Shown here piece after piece: positions 30,564 through 40,717 of a stretch of 46,192 nt of DNA. Below the pieces are notes generated by a model. The model ran no database searches. It was given only the letters and a program-made list of their open reading frames with translations, and was not told the origin of the DNA. The position numbers and the translations under genes are program-made. Each line of letters opens with the position of its first letter. The first letter of the stretch is position 1. Origin of the DNA: Thraustochytrium aureum (Eukaryota); the NCBI GenBank assembly GCA_012862495.1, contig BLSG01000059.1, positions 145,927-192,118 on the forward strand, written 5' to 3'.

Positions 30564-30956
30564 CTACACGTTCACCTTGTACGACAGCGTGGCCTGGGCC
30601 TCGACCCCGGTCATGCCGCGGAACCCCCAGTTCTCCGGCGGCGACTCCACGATGACGATCTCCACGTCGACAGGCTGGATGCCACAGTCTGCCTCGAGAT
30701 TGGCGAAGAGCGACTTTATCAGCTTGGCTTTGGTCTCTGCAGTCCGGCCCGTCATCACCATGATCTCAACAGTGATGTACTGTCTGCTTCGCCCTTCTGG
30801 AACGAACAGATCCTCTTCCTCGACCCGAATGAACCGATGGGCTCGCTTGCCGAGCGGCATGCCGAGCGCCTCCACCATTGCCGCGTGCATCGCGTCCGAC
30901 ACGGACTGCTGCCTGCCGTCCAACGCTTGCCGTGTGCCAAACACCTTGACGCTCAT
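30564..30956 (-). CDS. Tautomerase superfamily protein (Tautomerase_2 / 4-oxalocrotonate tautomerase-like, bacterial type)
   Basis: 130-aa intronless ORF with SDAMHAAMVEAL.MP..KRAHRF, GRS..Y..VEI....GRT.ETK..LI..LF, DVEIVIVESPPENWGFRG and LSYKVNV. Confidence 0.9.
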   Translation of the reverse strand: MSVKVFGTRQALDGRQQSVSDAMHAAMVEALGMPLGKRAHRFIRVEEEDLFVPEGRSRQYITVEIMVMTGRTAETKAKLIKSLFANLEADCGIQPVDVEIVIVESPPENWGFRGMTGVEAQATLSYKVNV

Positions 30957-31142
30957 CTCCGCGGCACGCCGCGAAGGCCTCGCTCCCTGCTGGCTTTGCG
31001 CTCTAGCCTAATCCACCTCGGTCCTGCGCAGCGCAGACTCCAGACGCCTCGACCGTTCGCGCTCTTCGCGGCCATCGACACTTTGAAACCCTTGAGAAAC
31101 GCTCGCCATTCCCGCAACCTTCTCGAGTCCCTGCCAGCCGCG

Positions 31143-31857
31143 ATGGAGCGCTCCCGCGTGACGTACAGCCGCAGCCCGAGCCCACGGCGTCGCGGCTCCG
31201 GCGGCGGCGCAGGAGCTCGCGGAGGAGACTATGACGCAAGTCGGCGGCGCGCGCGGGAACGAGACCGGCATGGTGGCCATGACCGCGACCAACGACAACT
31301 CGCTCGCGCTGACGCCGACGGGCGGTGGTCGGACCACGTGCAGGACAGCGGGCGGCGCCGTAGCGACCGTCGGCAAGAGTCGCGACGCGGCACAAGTCGC
31401 AGCAGGAGCCGCAGCAGGAGCCGCAGCAGGAGCAGGAGCCCCGGACGTCGCCGGGAGGTTCGTCGACCAGACCGCGACGAGTACCACCGAGGCAGGGGCC
31501 GGGAAGTGGCTCGCGAAATTGAACGACCCAGTAGACAAGTTGGCGGCGCCGATGGCAAGGACCGCGGCGAGGAGCTGCTAAGAGGAGCTCGATGAGTTTG
31601 GCCGTGTGGTTGACAAAGGCGCAAGTAAGGGCCAGGTCACGGAAGACATGACGGAGGAGGAGCAGATGAGGGCCATGCTCGGGTTCGGCGGGTTTGGAAC
31701 AACCAAAGGACGCAAAGTCCTCGACAACGAGTCTGGGCCCGCAGCCGGGGCCGTCGCTGCCTCTGGCACGCGCGAGTACAGACAGTACATGAACCGCACA
31801 GGTGGCTTCAACAGGTCGCTGGCCAAAGTGAAAGGCACCAAGCGCCTCATGAAGTGA
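31143..31857 (+). CDS. SNRNP27: U4/U6.U5 tri-snRNP 27 kDa protein; one apparent frameshift
   Basis: RS-rich N-terminus and conserved C-terminus MLGFGGFGTTKG...REYRQYMNRTGGFNRSL. The two frames join if one A at 31580-31581 is removed (LL|EELDEFGR). Confidence 0.88.
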
Positions 31858-32216
31858 GGTCAGGCATCAAGGGGGGAAGAGAGAGGGGGTGAGGGGTGAG
31901 GGGCTCGTGCTCGGCGCGCAGATACGCACAGTCTTCAGCTACACAAATTGCCCGCCGTTTGTATACACAACCGCGCGTGCCGCAGGCCGGCAGCCCCGCA
32001 GACTCTGGAGTGTGACTGATCAAAAGCTTTGATTGATCTTTCAAGAAACAAGATTGATTGATTGAAACGCGAGTCGAGCAAGATGGGAGCGCAATCTGAA
32101 CCGTAAAAGTGTAGTTTGTTTTCGATTCGAAGGCTCTCGTCCCTGGACGATGCTGTTCCTCGAGCCTTCACTTGCAACACCCCGTCACGTGTGCCGAGCT
32201 ACTCGACACGCGATCT

Positions 32217-33407
32217 TCACTCTTGCACGGGCACGCAGACGCCGTCTTGCCACTTGCACACGCCGGACGTCCCGCCGAGGCAAAAGGCCGCGTCCGCGAC
32301 CTTGGAACAAATGGCCGAAACCCAGCTCTGGCCGCCAAGCTCCGTCTCATCCACGAGCAGGCGACGGCCNNNNNNNNNNNNNNNNNNNNNNNNNNNNNNN
32401 NNNNNNNNNNNNNNNNNNNNNNNNNNNNNNNNNNNNNNNNNNNNNNNNNNNNNNNNNNNNNNNNNNNNNNNNNNNNNNNNNNNNNNNNNNNNNNNNNNNN
32501 NNNNNNNNNNNNNNNNNNNNNNNNNNNNNNNNNNNNNNNNNNNNNNNNNNNNNNNNNNNNNNNNNNNNNNNNNNNNNNNNNNNNNNNNNNNNNNNNNNNN
32601 NNNNNNNNNNNNNNNNNNNNNNNNNNNNNNNNNNNNNNACCGTGTGGCACTCGCCGCTCCTGTGTTGCCCTTCCACCTGCAGTTCTGGGCGCGGCACTCC
32701 TTGATGCCGGACGGCGTCAGCGCCTCGCAGCGAGTGACGTCGTTCTCATAGTCGGCGTAGCCGATCGGCGCTTTCGTCGGCCTGCCAGTCGGCGCAGAGG
32801 TGGTGGTGGTCCGGCACGCGTTTTTGGTCCAGCGGCACTTCGGGTCTGTGTTGCAGGGGCTCTTGGCACTAATTGTATTGCAGTACTTTTCGTCGAGCTG
32901 CACCACAGTCGTGGGCGACAGGGTCGGCGACAGCGTGGGCGATTCAGTGGGCATCGGCGTCGTCGGCGAGGTAGTTGGCATAGGCGTTGTCGGAGAGCTC
33001 GTCGGCGCAACTGTCCTTCCAGTCGCTCTGTAGCAAGTTCCAAGGCTGGCCGCGCTGCCGCCGTTGTCCACATAAGCAATTTCGCCGGATCCACTGAAGC
33101 CAGACTCGATGGTTCCAGTTGGTTCGGTAAAGTAACCATCGGTGGCAAGCAGTCGACACCAAAAAATCCCTTCGCTGTTCTTGAAAAGGACGCCCAAGCA
33201 AAATTCTTCTTCGACGCACGTCTGCTGGCAACGCGCGAGCCCACCATCGCCGTCATCGATTTGCACCTCATCCACCCTGTAGTCGTATGCGTTGTAGTTT
33301 GCATCCAAACAGTTGCCCACGCCAACTTGTTCCATTGAAACCGCGCCAGAGACGCTGGCTGGGGCGAGCGCAAGTGCTACAGCCACAGCGACAGAGTAGA
33401 GCTGCAT
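32217..33407 (-). CDS. Secreted Cys-rich repeat / Pro-Thr linker protein with an N-terminal PAN/apple-like Cys domain; spans a gap
   Basis: Signal peptide MQLYSVAVAVALALAPASVSG; CQQTCVEEEFCLGVLF...WCRL; PT repeats; modules matching the gene at 2-970 (DPKCRW, APIGYADYE.DV.RC, CRAQNCRWKGN, SW.SA.C). Confidence 0.85.
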   Translation of the reverse strand: MQLYSVAVAVALALAPASVSGAVSMEQVGVGNCLDANYNAYDYRVDEVQIDDGDGGLARCQQTCVEEEFCLGVLFKNSEGIFWCRLLATDGYFTEPTGTIESGFSGSGEIAYVDNGGSAASLGTCYRATGRTVAPTSSPTTPMPTTSPTTPMPTESPTLSPTLSPTTVVQLDEKYCNTISAKSPCNTDPKCRWTKNACRTTTTSAPTGRPTKAPIGYADYENDVTRCEALTPSGIKECRAQNCRWKGNTGAASATRXXXXXXXXXXXXXXXXXXXXXXXXXXXXXXXXXXXXXXXXXXXXXXXXXXXXXXXXXXXXXXXXXXXXXXXXXXXXXXXXXXXXXXXXXXGRRLLVDETELGGQSWVSAICSKVADAAFCLGGTSGVCKWQDGVCVPVQE

Positions 33408-34022
33408 TCTGAGTTGTCGCGCGGCGCTTTGTTGGTCCTTCGCGTCAATCTGGTGTTCTGAAGCTTGCCACAAGTGCCCTGGATTGCGCCTATGGTTGCA
33501 GGCTTGGCCCTGGTATTCGCTTGTGTTTGGTGTTTGCCTTGCATCTTGGTGTGTCCGCGTAGTAACAATGCCTTGTCGCGCGCCTGGGCCGCCTGTTCCA
33601 ACGGAAAGGGCGGCGCAGTTTCGCTGTTGGCATGGGGCTGTTCACGTAAACTCCTCTTGCGTCGCTTGGTATTCCTGGCAAGGTCGTCGCTTCCAACCGG
33701 GACCCAAACAGTGCAGACTGCCTCGAGGAAGGGTGTTGCAGTGGCCGCGACCGGATCACTCTTCGGCACTTTTCGTCTGTGGTTGATTTGCAAGCCTGAG
33801 CTTCAATGGGCTGTCAGAGGCAGCAGAGTCCGAGTCAGCAGCGACCATGAGCGATCAACGGGCATGCCTGCCAGAAGAAAATGCATCTTCTACTTCTAGC
33901 TCTAGAGGAGGCTCAACACGACGAGTTGCATAGGGTACTTAGGTCGGAACGCGTGGTCGCCTCAATGGTGAGTGATGTTTCCGTTGAGATCCGTTTTTAG
34001 ATCACCCTCCCTTCTTCTTCGT

Positions 34023-34066
34023 TGCATCTGCGCCAGTGCAAACATGCATCTGCGCCAGTGCAAACA
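34023..34066. repeat. 22-bp tandem duplication (TGCATCTGCGCCAGTGCAAACA), 2 copies
   Basis: Exact copies at 34023-34044 and 34045-34066. Confidence 0.85.
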
Positions 34067-35171
34067 GTGCGAAGAGAAAGGCGCTTGACCGCCTGAACGC
34101 GCCCCCCCATTCCTCGCCAACCATGCAAGCGAAATAAGCGCGTGTTCTGTATTTCTTCCCTGGAGCGTTGACGTGCTCGGTCACTAAATTGACTGTCAAA
34201 GGCGTGCGACAGTCGCTCGTTCCAGCAATTGGTGAGTGCGCTCCTTGAGCATGTTGCAAAGCGCCGGTTTCGCACGCGGTCGTCCCGTGATGGCCCTGGT
34301 TGTCAACATCACCCTTTTCAAGAGGCTGCAAGGATTCTTTCTTTTTTCCAACTCGCACGCTCCGACGACTCGCCGCCACCTCTGAAAGTATTTCGTTTCA
34401 TGGAGACCCGCTCGAGTTGAGTAAGGTAGGTAGGGTACTCAAAAGGCATTGAGTGGCCTCCGTGGCGCAGCGAGACGCCCCTGTTGTGCTGCCGGTCTCG
34501 TGGAGATTGCACCCGCCCAACCAGACCATTCTTCAATCAAAATGCAACGGATTTCTTGCTGGTTTACGGCTCGCGTACCTACCTGGCTGAAGAAGAGNNN
34601 NNNNNNNNNNNNNNNNNNNNNNNNNNNNNNNNNNNNNNNNNNNNNNNNNNNNNNNNNNNNNNNNNNNNNNNNNNNNNNNNNNNNNNNNNNNNNNNNNNNN
34701 NNNNNNNNNNNNNNNNNNNNNNNNNNNNNNNNNNNNNNNNNNNNNNNNNNNNNNNNNNNNNNNNNNNNNNNNNNNNNNNNNNNNNNNNNNNNNNNNNNNN
34801 NNNNNNNNNNNNNNNNNNNNNNNNNNNNNNNNNNNNNNNNNNNNNNNNNNNNNNNNNNNNNNNNNNNNNNNNNNNNNNNNNNNNNNNNNNNNNNNNNNNN
34901 NNNNNNNNNNNNNNNNNNNNNNNNNNNNNNNNNNNNNNNNNNNNNNNNNNNNNNNNNNNNNNNNNNNNNNNNNNNNNNNNNNNNNNNNNNNNNNNNNNNN
35001 NNNNNNNNNNNNNNNNNNNNNNNNNNNNNNNNNNNNNNNNNNNNNNNNNNNNNNNNNNNNNNNNNNNNNNNNNNNNNNNNNNNNNNNNNNNNNNNNNNNN
35101 NNNNNNNNNNNNNNNNNNNNNNNNNNNNNNNNNNNNNNNNNNNNNNNNNNNNNNNNNNNNNNNNNNNNNNN

Positions 35172-36024
35172 CCGGGATGGGCATGTCGGCAATGTCGGCG
35201 AGGCGCGTGGCGGCGCCAACGGTCTCCGAAGGGTCCCGGCCCATGGCGGACTCGGCCTGCGCAGCTGGTGTGCGGTGTGCGCGAGGGATGCCGCCGTGGC
35301 TGCAAAACACGGTCTTGTCGATCGTGCATGCGAGCGGGAGAAAGTCGAAGACCGAGTTGGCCTCTCGCCACACCTTTGTGCCGAGCTTTGTCCCAAACCG
35401 GTTCTTGCACTGCCACAGAAAGCTGCGCTCCTTGTAGTGGGCTTCCCACCCATTCACGTAGCGCAGCTCGTGGTTGCCTCGCAGCATGAACACCTTGTGC
35501 CGCGCGCAGACCTTGGCCGCAAACAGGTACGTGAGCACCTCGAGCCCTTTCATGCCACGGTCTACATAATCGCCCAGGAAAAGAAACTTGCCCGCCGTCA
35601 GCTCCATGCCGGCTGGCCACAGTTTGTCCCTGAAAAAAAAGAGGTCGTCCAAGTTGCCGTGAATGTCGCCAAACACGTGCACGGGGCCGCGCATCTCGAA
35701 AAACGCGGGCTCGCTGCGCAGGACCGCCTTGACGTATTGGCACAGGCACAGAAAGTCCTGGGCGAAATCGCGCGACCAAAAGTACTGCTGGACGATCTCG
35801 TCATCGTACCGCCTGAACACGGTGAGCAGCCGCTCGGCGACCTCGCAACGCTTTTCCGTGTTCGCCTCTGCCGCTCCACTCGACTTGGTGTAAAAGCTGC
35901 TCACCTTTGCGATCGAAGTTCGTCGCACAGCGCTCTTGCAAGACCGCCCGATCGATCGCACCTCGCCGTCCAGGATGGCTTGCGCGGGGCTCTTGCAGCT
36001 GCCGTTGCCATCCTCGCCGGCCAT
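35172..36024 (-). CDS. PPP-family Ser/Thr protein phosphatase (divergent); 3' part lies in a gap
   Basis: GDIHG, LGDYVDRG, LRGNHE and HGG motifs in correct order. ATG at 36024. It may end at the TAG at 34579-34581 beyond the gap. Confidence 0.92.
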
Positions 36025-37328
36025 TTCGCTTGCCGCTCGAACCCAGGCGTGGAGGGCCTTCGCGGAGGAGAGCCTTCGTGGAGGAGGCTGGCTATTGCGG
36101 CGCCGCCCGCTTCGGGTTTGGTGCCGCTTTTCGTGTGCTTGACTCTGGTGAGCCGCGGCTTGGTTGCCTGTGGACCGATTCGTCACGATCGGGACGGTTG
36201 GGATGGAGAGATAGTCGCGCTCGTTCGAGGGTTTGCTTGGCTTCGTCAATGCGCGGATGATTGGATCGGCCAGGGGCGTCCGTCCCCGATACTGCAAAGT
36301 ACACGAAGAGCTGCTTCTGATTCTGACCAAAGCACAAGCAGAGATGGGGCAGCCAGGTAGGTGGATTGCGGGCAGGTGGGCTGGCGCTCGGGTGGGCCAT
36401 TCTGCCCCAGCACCGGTAACATTTCACGGCTGCAACGGGAAAAAGGTGATGCCATCAAAATGTTTCGCGATGCGCAATAGGCAAAGACATGTTTTGACCC
36501 CCTCCGGTAGCCCGACTCTCACCGGCGCGATAGACAGGAAAGCGCGCGCGCGGGCGACTGACGAGCGGCCCGGACCGTGCGTCGTAGCACTTTGTTTCCA
36601 TCGACAACTTCTGTAGAGCTGCTGGAGCTTGAGAGGTTCAATCAATCAAGGCAGATTGTCCGGTTAGCAACCCACGACGACTTGATCTGCTGACTAACGC
36701 AACGAGCTCGAGAGAAAATCTGCTCGGCTCCGAGCTTTCCTCGCGTCGCCCGTGCCAGGGCGTTCATTTCGGGCTCGAGCGCTTGGCGTTGCGGCGGCTC
36801 GAGCCGCGCGTTGGCTGAAGGAAAGAAGCGAATGCGAGTACTCTGCCCTCCAGTGGATTTAGGTACAACGTAGAGAACGGCGCGCGCACGACACGATGGA
36901 TTCCGACAACACAGGGCAACACGGAGGGCGGGTATCTTCAACCGCCAGCCTGCGTGGACTCGGACGGAAGTGCTTGCGTTTGTCTACTTACAGCGGAAGG
37001 CGGGGCGAGAAAACCAAGCCGTTAGATACCAGACGAGAGCCAGCGCTGCCATTTGCAAGGACCGAGATCCGCCGCCGCGAGCGCGCCAGAGCGCGGGCAA
37101 CCGGCTCCCCGCTAGGGGAATTGGGCCGACCACCCCCTAGCTGCGAGTGCTCGGCGTCGTGGCGTTTGCGCAAGCCCCGGCCCCCTAGCCCAACCAACAG
37201 CAGCTCATGCAATCAGCCTCGCTCGCGAACGCTGACCAGCCAGATTTGGGACAAACCAAGCCGAGCCGCAGTGAAGGGCGGCGTTCGAGGGTGCCACCAT
37301 AGTCCGGTCCGCAATGCAAAGATCGAGG

Positions 37329-40270
37329 TCAAGGGCTGATCTCGAATACCGTTTGCTCGTTGTCCCCGAGCATTGCTTTGGCGTACTTGGTGCCGACGAG
37401 GCGCTCGAGCTGCATCGCGTCCGTCATGTCAAAGAGCGTTCAAGTTCGTCGTAGACTTGGTCCCCTCCAGTGAGCCCGCATCGGCTTCGCTCTCGCCCTC
37501 GCCCGCGGTGATGGCCGCCGTCTCGATCAAGTTTGCAAGCTCCGAGTAAAAGTGCGCATGCGAGGGCGGGGCATAGAATACCATGCGATGGATGCCGCGC
37601 AGTCTGTACCGGTGGTAGAAGAGGAACCGCTCTGTGGTGAGCAGGATGCGCGCTCGACCCTGGAAAAAGTCTGAACGAGCGCGCGCCGCGTCAGCAGGTT
37701 CCGAGTACTCGGACAAGCAGACGAAAAGTGCCTGCTCAATCTCAGCCACAACCTTGACGCGCTTGCCGTCACGGCCGCGGACGTTCTTTCGCGACTTGCC
37801 CTTCCAGGGCCGTCCTTTGGCGCGCGCCCCGGTCTCGCCAAGCTTCTCGGCGGCGCCGCGAAACAAGCGCCTGACAGCCACATAATCAAGGTAGGACGGG
37901 ACAAGGACCAGGGTGTGGGCCGCGTCTCGCCGCATCAGCGCGCGTAACACGTTGTCCTCAAAGTACCGCAGCCGTGGGTCGTCCTCCTCGTCCTCCTCGC
38001 CATTGTCCTCGGCGTCTGCCACGCGAACAAACTTGTGCGAAAGGCCCTCGATGGATATGTCCGCAAGAACGCCGGCGTAATTGGCGGGCCGCCACGAGAC
38101 CAGACCCGCAACGTTGAGTCGCGCCCTTGCCTTCGGAACGGCCAGCGTGTTCACAAAGGCGTTCGAGTACTGCGAGAAGAACAGCGTCTGCCGAAACCGG
38201 AGCGCCAGCCCGTCCACCAGATGAAACTTGCGAATCCGCTTAAAGTCCATGTCCTCGCGCAGCTCCACTGGCTTGCGGTTCACGGCCGACATGACGTCCA
38301 CGAGGTGCTGCCAGTTTTGCATTTCGAAAACGTCCGCTTGGTCCACGACGCAGAGCTCGACGGACGACAGAAAGTCGGTCTGCTCTTTGCGTCGGCGCTT
38401 CATCGCGCGACGCTCTTCGTCACGCGCATTGAGTCCCAACTCCCCAAGGCCCTCGTCGTCAGCCTCCGCTTCAACGAAAGGCTGGCCATCGCTGTCGTTG
38501 CTGGCCTCGCCAGCCTCATCCCCGTCGCTCTCTTCTGCGCCTTCGCCGACCCTGCTGGTTTGTCGCGAGCCGCAGGCCCACAGGCGAAGCCAGAATGATG
38601 TCCGAATTGAAAAAGTCCGTGAACAGCTTGAACGACTTGCGCGAGTTGACGGTGATTCCCATTCGAAAGCACTCGTCTGTGTTTCCTGTGAAGGTCTCGT
38701 GCCAGTCGGCAGGTCGCCGGCTGCGCTTGCCAGCCTCTTCAAGCTGAGCCGGGTGTTGCTCATTGGCGAGGTACAGTTCGTCGTAGCTCTCTGCAGCGCT
38801 CACTTTTTCCCGCCTGACTCGGCGCGCGGTGAGAGTGTCATCCTCGTCTTCGACGACCTCGAGGTACTGCTCCCAAAACCTTTCTTTGTTTGCCACTGCC
38901 GCGTTGGCCGGGACGAGGTCCAGAAACAACCGAACGATTCGCATGGCTGCAACACGGTTCGGAACAAGAATCAAGACCTTGGCGCGCGTAAAGCCTTGGT
39001 CGCGACTCACGTCTTCCTCGTCGTCGTTGTTGTCGCCAAGCTCCCCCTCCTCGGCCTTTGCTGCGCGGACGGCCTTGTCCGCGAGGCCAGACTCGACTAA
39101 AGCAGCCTCGCGCTCGCGTTTGCTTCGAAGCTTGGTCGCACGCTGTCGCGCGTTGTGCTTGCTCACGAGGTCGTGCGAGGTCATCACGTGGTCGAGGAGG
39201 TGCAGCAGGTACAGCTCGCGGAGCTCTGACGCGTTTGAAAGGCCTCGAGCCGTGAAGACGACATCCGTGTACTGACGCACGGCTGGCGCCAGCGCACATT
39301 GCAGCTCTGTGAAGCCGAAGCGGTTGCGAGCGGGCGGAACTTGCGCGCCGAGCCGCCTACATGCGATCTTGTCCCGCCTGGCTGCGTATTCGAGCCAGCG
39401 TTTGGCGAGCCGCTCGCGAAGGTGCATCTCGCTCGACAGTTCGACGGCCGCTTCAGTGTCCACGCGAGCCTTGGTGAAGGTGCCGCTGCGGATCTTGAGC
39501 GGGTCCACGTCAAGCCCTGTCACAGCAAAATTTGAACCGGCAACAGCAACTTTAGCCTTTACGCGGCTTGGAGTGGACTTGTCCTTCGCGGCGGCTTCGA
39601 GTTCGTCCTCTGACATGCCATAAGCCCGCGCAAAGCGCTGGTCAAACGCGGCGCTCTCCTTTGAGTCGATCGCTTTGCTTGCCTGCTCGTCTTCCGACTC
39701 CTCGTCGCTGCCTGCCTCCATATCGTTTCCACCGATTTCCGTGGTGTTCGTTTCATTGCCCTGCAGGTCTCCCTCCTCCTCGTCTTCCTCCTCGTCCTCC
39801 TCCTCGTCGTCGTCGTCGTCAAGGAGTTCAGTGCCTTCCTGCTCGCTGCGAACGCGCTGCAAAGCCCTGCGGTGCGAATCGGAGAGCGCCTCCGCAGACT
39901 CGAGACCGCTGAGGAGGTCCGCGTAGTAGTTCGCTGCGGTTTCTGGCTCTTCCTCCTGGTCCTCCTCCTCGTCGCTGCTCAAGAATTCAGGGTCTCGAGA
40001 GGCCTGTCGGCGGGCCAGCTCCTCTTCGTCGTCGTCTGCGAAAAGCCTCGACCCGCGGCGGAGATCGGTCCCGGGCACGCCATCCAAGAGGTGGTCGTCG
40101 CCGCGTCGCTTGCCTTTCTTCTCCGCCTTGCCGCCGCCAGCGAGACCGGCAAACATGCCGGTCTTCGCGTCAGACGTGTACCAGTCATTGCTGTTCTTGC
40201 TCTTCTTCTTCCCGCGCTTGCGTCCTTTGGCTTTCACCGCCGCCGCGGCGCCAAACTTGCGTTTGCCCAT
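37329..40270 (-). CDS. UTP25: U3 snoRNA-associated protein 25 (UTP25/DEF/DIEXF); two apparent frameshifts
   Basis: RDQGFTRAKVLILVP, FTGNTDECFRMGI, FFNSDIILASPVGLR, DFLSSVE...DQAD...MQNWQH, VPSYLDYV, LLTTERF.FYHRY.LRG, FYAPP and the C-terminus LFDMTDAMQLERLVG. One extra base near 38550-38561 and another at 37439-37440. Confidence 0.92.
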
Positions 40271-40717
40271 GTGCGCCTTGCTTTCTGCTCAAGCAAGCCC
40301 TCCCGACTGATCGTGGCCTGCTGGCTGGCTGGCTGCTTGGCTGGCTGCTTGGCTGGCTGGCTGCTTGTGATTGGAGGCCCGCCTACCTGCCTGGCGGCCG
40401 GCCTACCTGGCGGTCTGTGGCCTGGCTGCTACGTCGCCAGGCTCTCCGTGTCTTGCTGCCTGCCTGGGGCCTGGCCGTCCGTGTCTGGCTGGCCGGCTGG
40501 AGGGCTGCTGCGTCGAGCAGTTCAACACGACGTCGATGTTTGTCTGCCAAATCATGAAAGCCAATCGTGCGCGTACACTTTGGGTGTTAACTTTCGGAGG
40601 GTGCGCGCTTCCACAAGACGCGTTTGTTGAGATCGGTGCTCGACGCTTTCGATTGACGCGAGAAGATCGAAGGGGAATTCGTTTGGTCTGCATTGCCTGC
40701 GTGGGTGGGTGGGGTAC

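Noticed and set aside
37111..37141. GCTAGGGG...CCCCTAGC hairpin downstream of UTP25 as part of a structured RNA (RNase P/MRP or SECIS)
   Set aside because: It is a single 8-bp stem, and none of the conserved sequence boxes of those RNAs could be found around it.
37425..37440. CTT TGA C on the minus strand in UTP25, identical to the bacterial prfB +1 frameshift site
   Set aside because: Removing the extra A a few codons upstream gives TLFDMTDAMQL, which fits the UTP25 C-terminal pattern (L-Y/F-x3-D-A) better than shifting at the stop. There is no stimulatory element, and other indels in the window lack this motif.
40515..40560. ATGA...AAA...GA on the minus strand as a SECIS for the MCTP in-frame TGA
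   Set aside because: The arms flanking the putative quartet do not base-pair into helix II, and the TGA is not in a redox-motif context.
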